Positions 1-10,126 of a DNA stretch of 33,463 nucleotides are shown in pieces. The DNA is taken from contig JBHGNT010000337.1 in assembly GCA_043228905.1 (NCBI GenBank), forward strand, positions 1-33,463. The letters run 5' to 3'. The notes beneath the pieces are model-generated. The model saw only the letters and a list, made by a program, of their open reading frames with translations, had not been told where the DNA came from and ran no database searches. This DNA is from Azolla caroliniana. Lineage: Eukaryota > Plantae > Polypodiophyta. Within the stretch, counting starts at the first letter, position 1. Every line of letters starts with the position of its first letter. Made by a program: the position numbers and the translations under genes.

Positions 1-1018
1 CCTTGAGGCAACGCGCTTTCCATATGTACCACAAGGTGAAACCTACAATCAGCATCCAGATTTCAGGAAACCTAGGGGATGCGGGCTGCGAGCCTCTTTC
101 GAAATGGATCTTGACGATTTTGCCTCTCGTGCATACATAGCACCAACTATCCGCATTGACGGTGTTCGTCCACCCTTCGACCGAGTGACCAATCCATGCC
201 GCAACACTCCACGAGGCTGTTCCTTCAACTTCACATGCCGCAAGGAGGCGAGTCACTCTATCCCAGATCTTTTGAGCTTGAGGGCAATCCCACAGACAAT
301 GTCTCTGAGTCTCAATAGGTCGAGAGCACATTGGGCAACCTAACGGGCCGCCGCGTTTACCTAGCCATTCACCAACGGGCACCACATTATGACCGATCTG
401 CCACCAAAAGAGCTTGATCTTTTCAGGCATGTGGAGGCGCTAGAGACCTTCCCAAAAGGTAATGAGCGCCTCATCGGGGATGCCCAATGTTCGCCAGCCA
501 TTGCGAAGGGGGCTGCCCAGCTATAGCTGCAAAGTCCGACCCAATTTAGTGGTGTAATCGAAGAAGTGATGGAGTCTATCATCATGTTTCCATCTGAAAT
601 CCCCTGGGTCCCAATCCAGATCGACAAGGGGGCGACAGCCATATACCCTTAACCTCCAATGGGGTTCCACCTTAGCAACATCTGGGTCTGTCTTCCAGAT
701 GTTGTCAACCTGTGCCACCACTCGGATTGGGTGCCAAGAGCCCTTGCTCTGACCGTCCCCAAAAACTATATCTCTCCCCGATCCGCTCACACCCTTTAGC
801 GACTTGACCATTCCAACCTCATCAAAGAGACCGAACCATGCAGGTTCTCTCGCCTCCCCCATCGGAACCCTGTCAACTGCCTCAGCTATCAGTCTCCGCA
901 TTTTCGTAGCTCCCTTGAGGGGAGGGAAAAGGTCCTCTTGGGATCTTCCTAAAACATCCATGCGTCTCCAATCGTCTATAGATAGGATGCCTGTTTGTGC
1001 CAACTTTCCCCATGCTAG
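1..1018 (-). mobile_element. LINE-C (L1-type non-LTR retrotransposon), 3' part of decayed ORF2; continues beyond the left window edge
   Basis: Minus-strand translation gives LAWGKLAQTGILSIDDW...WFGLFD...LVDLDWDPGDFRW...FFDYTTKLGR. After a stop/frameshift it gives KIKLFWWQIGH...CPMC..ETQRHCLWDC (zf-RVT-like) and WYIWKARC near position 10-30. This is colinear with the C-terminal half of ORF2 at 10116-14492. Confidence 0.88.
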
Positions 1019-1327
1019 TGTCGAATACAAGTGTATAATGGACGTATTCACACTATCCCTTTGTATAGATCAAGTTTGGGCCATTTGTGTAATTAGCATA
1101 AATGGTAGTTGCCCTAAGTCGGTCACTATATATAGTGACCTTGTAACCTTTTTGTAAGGTTGGGTTGTATTATTGTTGATTCTATTGAATAGAAGACTCT
1201 TTTGTGCCTCTCTCTCTCTCTCTCTCTCTCTATCTCTGTGCACGATCTAGAAACTGTCATACGCAGGTATTCAACAAGAATCGAATGCTACTTGATCTTC
1301 CGCATCGACACGGCCTTGTCTACAACA
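1019..1327 (+). repeat. 5' LTR of copia element (309 bp)
   Basis: TGTCGAATAC...GTCTACAACA; direct repeat of 6238-6544; contains (TC)11 and a TATA-centred palindrome. Confidence 0.96.
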
Positions 1328-1329
1328 TC

Positions 1330-1341
1330 TGGTATCAGAGC
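1330..1341 (+). promoter_or_regulatory. Primer-binding site, tRNA-iMet
   Basis: TGGTATCAGAGC 2 nt after the 5' LTR; canonical plant initiator-Met PBS. Confidence 0.95.
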
Positions 1342-2012
1342 TAGGTTCCTCAACCCGCTGTCGGCCGTCGTCTCAGCCTGCACAGCATTCGGTTTCTTGC
1401 ATCATTCGAAGAAGAGAGAGAAGAAGAAAAACGAGGCTTGCATCTCATCGCGTTAGATCATCTTCACTTGGAGTAAGCCAGCCGGTTGTACTCTGTTCCT
1501 TGTGATCGTAACCGCTCGAGGTGAAATCCCCTTGTGCAACATTGACACGATCGTGCTCCACTCGGTTAAACGGCATCCAAAGAGGTCATCAAACGCTGCT
1601 CGCCGCTCATTGTAACCACTCGGTGCACATCGGTCTCAAGACAACAACCCCAATTCGTGCTTCATCCGGCTGATCGACATTCGGGAGGATCAGTTGGATC
1701 CGTCTCTCTTGTCGCTGCAGTCACCCGAAGCAGAATCGGTCCAGACAATCGGTTTCAATAATCGGCATTTGGCATATATATTCGGAAGCGAACCGGGCTC
1801 ACTCCGACTCGGCAACATTCGGGAAGACCAGTCGGTTCTGTCCCTCAAGTTACCGGAGTCAATTCGAGCAAGTTCAACAATACATATATCCGAAGCCGAA
1901 CCGACTCGGGTTCAAATCCGACTAGAACGATATCGAGTGAGCCAACCGGCTGCACTCCAACAAGGTTCGTAGTCAACTCCGAACCCAGCTTCGTCAACCG
2001 AAACCAAATTTG

Positions 2013-5000
2013 ATGGCATCAACATCCGGCTCGTCAGAAATGAGTCTACGAAAGTTCGATGGATCGAACTTCAACTTCTGGAAGGAGCAAATGCAGGACT
2101 ATCTCATAGTCAAGGGGCAAATCGATCCCATCGAAAATGAAGAACCTCCAGAAGGATACAAACCAATTGAGTGGCAGAAGCTGGACAAAATCGTCCGCGC
2201 CACGATTCGGATGCACCTATCGGAATCGGTATACTTTACGGTGCAATCGTGTACGACAGCATTCGAACTGTGGAAAACACTGTCGGACACCTACGAAAAG
2301 AAGGTCGCTGCAACAAAGATGTTTCTGATTCGGCGCCTCTACAACTTGCGGATGAAAGAATCAGATTCGGTTCAAGCACATCTCAATGAGTACGAAAGCA
2401 TAAGCTCCCAAATCTCATCTCAGGGGACGGCAATCGAGGATGAACTCAGAGCAATGATACTCATGAGCAGCCTTCCCTCATCATGGGAAACTTTCGTCAC
2501 AACCGTGTGCAACGCGTCAACCACGGCTGTTAAATACTCCGAAGTCACGAGCGCAATCCTGACCGAAGCAGCTCGGAGAAAGTCTTTCGCCAAAGACTCA
2601 ACAGACGACGCTTATGTAGTACAAGGTTCGACAGACCGATCGAACATACGAGGAAGAGATTCCTCACGGCAGCCGAACAATCAGCGAAGACGGAGCCAGT
2701 CACGGGATAATCGAATCTGCAACTATTGCAAGAAACCCGGACACATCAAAGCCGACTGCCGCGCACTCAAGAACAAGAACGACAAGTCTCAGAAATCAGA
2801 CAAGAAGAGTGGCCGGCATGAGGAGATCAATTACGTCAGCTTCTCAGCTGATGTGCTACCAAACGACCCGAATATACTATCAATCGAAAATCCAGTCGGA
2901 TCAGAAGTTCTGCTCACGACTGAAGAATCGAGCACATGGCTCTTAGATTCGGGCGCGTCATTTCACGTGACTCCTCATCGATCCCAATTTCGGCAATATA
3001 CGATCCGTCACTCCGACTCAGTTCGAGTCGGCAACTCGCAACACTGTGACATCATTGGAATCGGCACAGTAGAGCTCAACCTTGCAGGTGGCGCTACACT
3101 TGTACTTCACAATGTCCGACATGTACCCGAGCTCTCAAGGCCATTGATCTCAGTCGGACAACTAGATGAAGACGGCATTCGTGCCGGATTTTCTTCGGGA
3201 GGGTGGACACTCCACAGGGGGAACCTCCTGCTTGCTAGAGGACCCAAGATACACTCCCTGTATCCGTTACATGTTACGCTCAGAGAGGGTAACCTGTTTT
3301 TGGTGGATATTCCTGTGTCATCGCTATGGCACAGAAGATTAGGACACCTCAGCAAGGCCGGCATTACGCACCTATCTAGAGCCGGATACATCCCCAAACT
3401 CTCCTTCTCGGACCATCAATTCTGCGAACATTGCCAGTATGGCAAACAAGCAGCCGCATCACACCCGACATCAGCACCAAGACAAACGAGACCTCTCGAT
3501 TTAGTCCATTCGGACGTCTGTGGCCCAATGCCGCATCAGTCTCTCGGCGGTGCCTCTTACTTCGTCAGTTTTATTGACGATTCGACTCGAAAGGTGTGGG
3601 CTTATCCAATTCGCACCAAAGATCGTGTCTTCTCGATCTTCTCCGATTGGCTCGCTATGGTAGAAAATCAAACTGACCGAAAACTGAAATGCTTTCGGAC
3701 CGACAATGGGGGAGAGTTCAAATCAGAAGAATTCGTCAAATTCTGCCGACAACGCGGCATCCGACGTGAATTTACGGCACCACACAGTCCGGAGCAAAAC
3801 GGGATTGCAGAACGCATGAATCGGACAATCCAAGAACGGATAGTTTCCATGCTCCAACACTCCGTACTGTCGGATGGCTTCTGGGCAGAGGCTCTACTCA
3901 CGGCAGTACACATAATCAATATGTCGCCAAGCAGACCTCTAGGACTTCAAATTCCTCAGGAACTATGGATCGGCAGTAAGCCGAATTACGACAAGCTGAG
4001 GATCTTCGGATGCGAGGCGTACGCCCTTATTCCGAAAGATGATCGCCGAAAACTTGCACCTCGGTCCAGGAAATGCATTTTCCTTGGATATGGATCAGAC
4101 GGCGAAATGGGATACCGACTCTGGGACCCCGAACGCAGACAAATCGTTCGAAGTTCGGACGTTGTGTTCAACGAGTCGGCTATGAATCCATCAGTCGAAA
4201 AACCGATCGAAGTCCGAAGGGTAACGTTTTCCGATGTGCCGACCCTTCAAGAAGGCCCCGCTCTTAACACACGGTCAGCTTCACGGGTAGCTGAACCCTA
4301 CACCACCGACTCAGACAACTCCGACTCGGCACAGCAGAATAATTCGCTTTCGGACCATCCGACCTCGATACCCGATGCGACCAGTCCAATCATACCTCGA
4401 CGATCCGAGAGACTGTCGCAACCTCCGGAAAGGTATTCTCCTGGAATTTTCTTCACCGACGCCGGCGAACCGACGTCTTACGAAGAAGCATCGACATCTG
4501 TCGATTCAGCCACCTGGCATCTGGCGATGGAGTCGGAAATGCACTCCATTCGGGCAAACAAGACTTGGGATCTAGTCGAATTACCTAAGAATCGACGTGC
4601 TCTTCCTTGCAAGTGGGTTTATCGACTAAAAGAGACGTCCGACTCGACCACCCCAAAGTACAAGGCCAGACTAGTTGCGAAGGGCTTCCGACAAGAATAT
4701 GGCGTCGACTTCGACGAGATTTTTTCACCAGTGGTGAAAATGACAACCCTTCGTTTCCTACTCGACGTAGTGGCAGCCGACAACTTGGAGCTGATTCAGC
4801 TAGATGTCAAAACAGCCTTCCTCCATGGTGACCTTGACGAGGAAATTTATATGGAGCAGCCAAAAGGCTTCGTGGCAACTGGCCAAGAACATCTAGTCTG
4901 CCGACTCAGGAAGAGTCTATACGGCCTCAAACAGGCACCGCGACAATGGTACAAGAAGTTCGACGACTTCATCCAATCGATCGGCTTCTCAAAAAGCGAT

Positions 5001-6044
5001 GAGGACCATTGTCTTTTCACCAACACAGCTCAAGATGGATCACCCATCTTCCTCATCATCTACGTGGACGACATGCTAATTTCTGGACGCCACGCGGGCG
5101 AACTCGCCGATCTCATTCGGCAACTGCGGTTGAAGTTTGCCATGAAGGACCTCGGTCCGGCACGACAAATACTTGGCATGAAGATTAGTCGGCATCGCGA
5201 TAAACGACATCTTTTTTTGTCTCAGACCGACTATATCGGACGTGTCTTGGAACGCTTCAACATGCAATCAGCCAAATCTGCTTCAACCCCGCTCCCCATG
5301 AATCTTCGGCTCTCTCAGCGAGACTGCCCGACATCCGGTCCGGAGGGGGAAGATATGAAGTCGGCACCGTATGCACCGGCAGTCGGCTCCCTTATGTACC
5401 TGATGGTCGTGACACGGCCTGATATTTCTCATGCCGTAGGAGTCGTTAGCAGATTTATGCACAATCCTGGCCGATCGCATTGGAACGCAGTCAAGCATGT
5501 GTTCAAATATCTGGCTGGCACAAAAGACCACGGCATTCTTTTCGGTCCGAACTCAACCTCAGGCGTAGTCGGTTACACCGACTCGGACTTCGCCGGCTGT
5601 ATAGACAGTCGGAAATCAACAACCGGATACTGCTTCAAATTCGGCAATGGAGCAATCTCGTGGAAGTCGAAACTTCAGGAGTGCACAGCGACCTCAACGA
5701 CCGAAGCAGAATATGTAGCTGCGTCCGACGCTGCAAAAGAAGCTTTGTGGCTCGGCCGACTGGCGCACACGTTTCGACAAGTCGACCATGACTCGGCCCC
5801 AGTTGTCTACAGCGACAGTCAAGGTGCTGTTGCTTTGTCGAAAAATCCGGTTCACCACAACGCCTCCAAACATATCGACGTTCGATATCACTTCGTTCGG
5901 GACTGCGTCATTTCAGGGAAAATCGGTCTAGAGAAAATATCCACAACCGACAATGTCGCAGATGGAATGACCAAGTGTCTTTCGGCAGACCGCTTTCGGT
6001 CCCTTCGGCATCAGATGGGCGTAACGACAAACCAGTCCGGTTAG
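2013..6044 (+). CDS. Copia gag-pol polyprotein (Gag, zinc knuckle, aspartic protease, integrase, RT, RNase H)
   Basis: ATG at 2013. Motifs in copia order with no stops: KFDGSNFNFW, CNYCKKPGHIKADC, WLLDSGAS, LWHRRLGH/CEHC, HSDVCGP..RTDNGGEF..NGIAERMNRT, KARLVAKG, LDVKTAFL, YVDD, YTDSDFAG, TEAEY, HIDVRYHF. Confidence 0.97.
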   Translation: MASTSGSSEMSLRKFDGSNFNFWKEQMQDYLIVKGQIDPIENEEPPEGYKPIEWQKLDKIVRATIRMHLSESVYFTVQSCTTAFELWKTLSDTYEKKVAATKMFLIRRLYNLRMKESDSVQAHLNEYESISSQISSQGTAIEDELRAMILMSSLPSSWETFVTTVCNASTTAVKYSEVTSAILTEAARRKSFAKDSTDDAYVVQGSTDRSNIRGRDSSRQPNNQRRRSQSRDNRICNYCKKPGHIKADCRALKNKNDKSQKSDKKSGRHEEINYVSFSADVLPNDPNILSIENPVGSEVLLTTEESSTWLLDSGASFHVTPHRSQFRQYTIRHSDSVRVGNSQHCDIIGIGTVELNLAGGATLVLHNVRHVPELSRPLISVGQLDEDGIRAGFSSGGWTLHRGNLLLARGPKIHSLYPLHVTLREGNLFLVDIPVSSLWHRRLGHLSKAGITHLSRAGYIPKLSFSDHQFCEHCQYGKQAAASHPTSAPRQTRPLDLVHSDVCGPMPHQSLGGASYFVSFIDDSTRKVWAYPIRTKDRVFSIFSDWLAMVENQTDRKLKCFRTDNGGEFKSEEFVKFCRQRGIRREFTAPHSPEQNGIAERMNRTIQERIVSMLQHSVLSDGFWAEALLTAVHIINMSPSRPLGLQIPQELWIGSKPNYDKLRIFGCEAYALIPKDDRRKLAPRSRKCIFLGYGSDGEMGYRLWDPERRQIVRSSDVVFNESAMNPSVEKPIEVRRVTFSDVPTLQEGPALNTRSASRVAEPYTTDSDNSDSAQQNNSLSDHPTSIPDATSPIIPRRSERLSQPPERYSPGIFFTDAGEPTSYEEASTSVDSATWHLAMESEMHSIRANKTWDLVELPKNRRALPCKWVYRLKETSDSTTPKYKARLVAKGFRQEYGVDFDEIFSPVVKMTTLRFLLDVVAADNLELIQLDVKTAFLHGDLDEEIYMEQPKGFVATGQEHLVCRLRKSLYGLKQAPRQWYKKFDDFIQSIGFSKSDEDHCLFTNTAQDGSPIFLIIYVDDMLISGRHAGELADLIRQLRLKFAMKDLGPARQILGMKISRHRDKRHLFLSQTDYIGRVLERFNMQSAKSASTPLPMNLRLSQRDCPTSGPEGEDMKSAPYAPAVGSLMYLMVVTRPDISHAVGVVSRFMHNPGRSHWNAVKHVFKYLAGTKDHGILFGPNSTSGVVGYTDSDFAGCIDSRKSTTGYCFKFGNGAISWKSKLQECTATSTTEAEYVAASDAAKEALWLGRLAHTFRQVDHDSAPVVYSDSQGAVALSKNPVHHNASKHIDVRYHFVRDCVISGKIGLEKISTTDNVADGMTKCLSADRFRSLRHQMGVTTNQSG

Positions 6045-6230
6045 AGCCGGACACAGCGCAGGATGGTTTCAGACAACCGACATCAGTTCCGTAATGATCG
6101 GCTTCAACTCTTTCGACCCGACCAGTCCGGTCTTCTGCCTTCGGACCCTGCCGACTCGAACAAAACTGATATGTCCGAGAACCTAAGTTTATACCTGTAA
6201 TCTTAGATAACCCATGTATACGCCCATTAC

Positions 6231-6237
6231 GGGGGAG
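6231..6237 (+). promoter_or_regulatory. Polypurine tract
   Basis: GGGGGAG immediately before the TG of the 3' LTR. Confidence 0.85.
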
Positions 6238-6544
6238 TGTCGAATACAAGTGTATAATGGACGTATTCACACTATCCCTTTGTATAGATCAAGTTTGGGC
6301 CATTTGTGTAATTAGCATAAATGGTAGTTGCCCTAAGTCGGTCACTATATATAGTGACCTTGTAACCTTTTTGTAAGGTTGGGTTGTATTATTGTTGATT
6401 CTATTGAATAGAAGACTCTTTTGTGCCTCTCTCTCTCTCTCTCTCTCTATCTCTGTGCACGATCTAGAAACTGTCATACGCAGGTATTCAACAAGAATCG
6501 AATGCTACTTGATCTTCCGCATCGACACGGCCTTGTCTACAACA
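6238..6544 (+). repeat. 3' LTR of copia element (307 bp)
   Basis: Matches the 5' LTR by eye except (TC)10 versus (TC)11; followed by TSD GCTAG. Confidence 0.96.
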
Positions 6545-7947
6545 GCTAGGCCCTTAAGTTGCCCTAGCATCGTGTCGTCACTTGTTCACACTTGAGGATT
6601 CCAGAATAGTGGTTGTTTAGTCCATTCGGTCAATGCCTCTGGGGTGTGTTTGACCAAATGCTATCGTAGATGGCACCATGCCTGCAAGATGGAGTTCGCG
6701 ACCCTGTCCTTTGGATGGCAAGCTAGCTTGGGTGGGACTCCGCTCGTGCAACACCAATTCAAGGAGTCGGGCCAAGGCCTACCATACTTGGGAGTCCTTG
6801 CTTGTAGCCTGTTGTGAAGAAGTACCTTCCAGCACCCCTTACCTGGCAGGAGGCAACGAACCACCATTTTAGCCAGCAATGAACGACTTTGCATTAAGGG
6901 GTCTATGAGGCCAAGCCCCCCTTTGGCCCGTGGTTGCGTTAACCAACACCATGACACTCTGGCAGCAACCCTTGGGTTGTCCTTACCTGACCATATAAAC
7001 CCCCTGATGGCAGCCTTAATCGCGTGCAGACCTGCACGGTCCATAATCCAGCAGGAGAATGAGTGCCACATGGTAGCGAGCAACACTTGGTTCGCAACAA
7101 GGACCCTACCAGCGAAGGATAGTTTAGATCTACTCCATTGGATCAACTTCCTGTTTATTTTGGCTTGTACGTGGGCCAATTGCGCTCCCTTGGGGATTGA
7201 CCTCCCCATCGTAAATCCAAGGTACTTGAACGTCGTCCCATTAGGGACCCACATAAAATCGGCATGGGGTTGGCATCTTGGTTTCTCTTGTTCGCTGAAC
7301 CATAGGCCTTGGGTTTTATTCCAATTGATCTTGGCACCAGCCGCTTGACAAAAGTCCTCGACAAGATGTTCAGCCCGCTGCAGATTCTCCTCATCACCTT
7401 GCAAGAAAAGAACCGTATCATCTGCATATTCAGATAACAACAAATCTTCAGTCGCATTGGGGATGGGCAATCCCCGCAGCCTGCTGGTTGGTGCTTGTAA
7501 GTAGGCGGAGAAAGCCTCGGTTACAAAGAGATAGAGATATGGGGCTAGGGGACAACCTTGCCTCACTGAGCGTTGTAGTTGGAAGGTGGGTCCCCTAGAA
7601 CTAGCCATCAGCACGCTACTCGTAGCTGTCCGGTAGAGTGCAGAAGTGCAATTCCTCCATTTTTGAGGTAGGCCCAAAGCTCGCATCACATTTTCCAAAA
7701 AGGGCCATAACACCCGGTCGTAGGCCTTCTCGAAGTCTAACATCAGAATAGCCGAGCTCGATACAGAGCGGTCGGCCAATGCCATAGCTTCCCAAAGAAG
7801 CACCACATTATCAAAGATACACCTGTTCTTGACAAATCTAGTTTGATTGTCATGTATGATGTCCGGTAAGAAGCTTGCTAACCGCCGAGCTAGGACTTTA
7901 GCGAGTATCTTGTATGTCGTGTTAAGGATCGTGATTGGACGCCACTA
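6545..7947 (-). mobile_element. LINE-C, RT-containing part of decayed ORF2, 5'-truncated at ~7947
   Basis: Minus strand reads WRPITILN, LDFEKAYDRV, RQGCPLAP, YADD, KYLG, LSFAGRVLVAN, GGLGLIDP, then KQPLFWNP with two premature stops. Removing the copia and one TSD restores LGQLKGLAWGKLAQ across 6545/1013. Confidence 0.92.
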
Positions 7948-8438
7948 GTATTTATGGCGGCCAAATAATGTATCAACAAATTCAGGAAGTAATAAGTAGA
8001 CTTCCCATACCACCCAATAATGCTAACCATAGATGGTTTGGGGTTTTTTCAAGATTGGAAGTACTCTTGGCTGTGAAGGGGTATTCAGATGATAAGACAT
8101 ACCGATTTTTTGAGGTGGATGAAACAAACCAATTATCTCAGTCCCCGGAAATGGTGATAGATTACCCCTATGTTATTGAGCACAAGATAAGGGTCATTGG
8201 ATATGCTGATCATAAATGGTATATTGATCCGATGATAGAGGAAATAAGGCCACATTGTAAGTTGTGGGTGTTAGCTAAAAAACTTATATTCAAATTAGAT
8301 TGGGACCCACTTGATTATCAGTGGGCAGATCCTTATATGGGTAACAAGTTCAATTTCTTCCAATATTCTGTACAGTTGGGAAGACATGTACTTTCAGATA
8401 CACGTGATGTGTTGCCAACTACATCTCAATATTGGAAT
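7944..8438 (+). mobile_element. LINE-A, post-RT fragment of ORF2 (left part)
   Basis: RWFGVFSRL, LDWDPLDYQW and FFQYSVQLGR align with LINE-B ORF2 (WYGMFSRL, LQWDPLDYGW, FFAYSVSLGR). The frame continues at 16702 after removing the TIR element. Confidence 0.85.
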
Positions 8439-8599
8439 CATAGATTGACACATGCGTGATATTCGTGATATTCTCCATGCGCAATATTCTCAATATTCGA
8501 GAATATGAAATGGCCCCAATAATATTAAAAACCCATTCGTTTTGCAACAAATATATATAATAAAGAATTGGAGCACATGCAGGGCTAGGTACTCATAAT

Positions 8600-10126
8600 A
8601 TGCAGACAACAGGGAAAACGCAGGTCGTGTGCGGCGCGAGCAGCGCAACCACATCGACAGGTGCTCCTACCACGAGCAGGAGATCGACTGCGGGTCAGCC
8701 ACATAGTTCTTCTGCGGCTGGACCTTATACGCGAGCAGGGGAGTCCGGTGCACCCCCCCAACTTTCGCCTCATCTGTGTGATGAGTCAGTCGGCCTTGCA
8801 TTGTCAGAGGAGGATAGGGCTACTGTTTTGGCTGAGGTAAGTAGATTGGAAGTTTTTTCATTGGTCGTGCAGGTTCAGGGCTCGCGAATGAATAGATCGG
8901 AACTCCGTCATACATTGTACGCTGCTTTCTCGGAGGAAGCGGATAGCATTCTCGACATTCAATTCATGTCTCGCGGATGTTATCATGTGGAATTCGCGAC
9001 TGAGGAGTCCGTTAACAAGCTATTAATGATTAAGGAGGCAGGAGTCGAAGGTGCGTGGGTATCCTTTCATAAATGGTCGCACAATGTTAAAATAGATGAC
9101 ATATTGCAGGATCAAGAGGCTAGCATGGTTTTCACCACAATATTTCCCGGTTTGAGGAAGGAGTGGAGGAATGTATTGCCTTGCATTGGGGCTTTGCTAG
9201 GTAAGGTGATTGCCACGCGTGATGGACAGGCACATGGGACAGATAGAATGGGAGGGGTACCAGCTGTTAGGTTGATCGCACCAAGATCCGTTCGTCTACC
9301 GGCAACTATATCCTTACCAAATTTACTTTTAAACAAACCACCGGTTGTGCAAAACGTATATTATCAAGGACTGCCTGATCAATGTTTTTTGTGTCGTCAA
9401 TTTGGTCATTTAGGTCGAGATTGTCAGAAGCGTCGTACGTACAAGGAGGCCCAACCACCGAATCGACCAGATGTTAATTATGATGGCTGGTTTACAGTTT
9501 CTAATAAACATGTTTTTAAACCGTCTAAGACGACGGTTAATCCAATGTTAGTACTTGAAGCTAATCCGTATCAGTCTTTGCAGGAGGTGGAAAAAGACGC
9601 GGGGATTAATACAAAGGAGGTGGGGTTTGTCATTCCAAACTTCACAAAAGAGGAGCGGGTGGAACAAAAGTCGCAAGACATAATTTTGAAGGAGGTGGAA
9701 AAGGATGCGAGTAATGTTAAAATGGTACAACCTACGGTGGCACAAAAGTCCAAGAACGTCATTGAACAGGTACAACCTTTGGAATTGGTTAATAAAGTTA
9801 ATAATCAACTAAATAAGGGTAAACAACAGGTTGTTGATCATGTACAACATTTGGATAAGCCTTTAAGCCTGTCTGATTTTCAACAAACTGAAGTGGGTAA
9901 GCTAGACATTGCCGATGTTGACATGAATTGTGTAGTTGCCTTCACTGGAGTAGATAGGTCTACTGATAGGGTAGATAAACACATGCCAGTGCAGTCACAT
10001 AAGTTGATAGGGAAAGACATATGGTCTAATAGAAGACAATTACGAGCCTCAGAGGATGGAAGAAAGGGTAGAGATGTTGCACTCGCCGAAAGGAGAATAG
10101 GGGGAAATAATATGAATGATGGATAG
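8600..10126 (+). CDS. LINE ORF1 protein (RRM/DUF4283-like region plus CCHC zinc knuckle, low-complexity tail)
   Basis: 508 aa; FMSRGCYHVEF...WVSFHKW; YQGLPDQCFLCRQFGHLGRDC zinc knuckle; lies directly upstream of ORF2. Confidence 0.9.
   Translation: MQTTGKTQVVCGASSATTSTGAPTTSRRSTAGQPHSSSAAGPYTRAGESGAPPQLSPHLCDESVGLALSEEDRATVLAEVSRLEVFSLVVQVQGSRMNRSELRHTLYAAFSEEADSILDIQFMSRGCYHVEFATEESVNKLLMIKEAGVEGAWVSFHKWSHNVKIDDILQDQEASMVFTTIFPGLRKEWRNVLPCIGALLGKVIATRDGQAHGTDRMGGVPAVRLIAPRSVRLPATISLPNLLLNKPPVVQNVYYQGLPDQCFLCRQFGHLGRDCQKRRTYKEAQPPNRPDVNYDGWFTVSNKHVFKPSKTTVNPMLVLEANPYQSLQEVEKDAGINTKEVGFVIPNFTKEERVEQKSQDIILKEVEKDASNVKMVQPTVAQKSKNVIEQVQPLELVNKVNNQLNKGKQQVVDHVQHLDKPLSLSDFQQTEVGKLDIADVDMNCVVAFTGVDRSTDRVDKHMPVQSHKLIGKDIWSNRRQLRASEDGRKGRDVALAERRIGGNNMNDG

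Larger units (their letters stand above)
1019..6544 (+). mobile_element. Intact Ty1/copia LTR retrotransposon (Tnt1/Tork-like)
   Basis: Two TG...CA LTRs (1019-1327, 6238-6544), 5-bp TSD GCTAG (1014-1018 and 6545-6549), tRNA-iMet PBS, PPT, and a single uninterrupted gag-PR-INT-RT-RH ORF. The lineage call is by resemblance only. Confidence 0.97.

Noticed and set aside
521-1051. 176-aa ORF as an independent gene
   Set aside because: Chimeric: the first ~11 codons come from the antisense copia LTR and the rest is decayed LINE-C ORF2.
1202-1972. ORFs 1202-1456 and 1694-1972
   Set aside because: They span the LTR microsatellite and leader, have non-ATG starts and show no recognisable motifs.
2099-6595. 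Many short alternative-frame and antisense ORFs over the copia (likewise over the LINEs and the second copia)
   Set aside because: Shadow ORFs of long TE coding frames with no independent support.
6545-8438. Twin-priming 5' inversion of a single LINE
   Set aside because: The plus-strand piece is post-RT sequence of a different family; LINE-C already has its own diverged version at 521-1013, and LINE-A has its own 3' end at 16702-17503.
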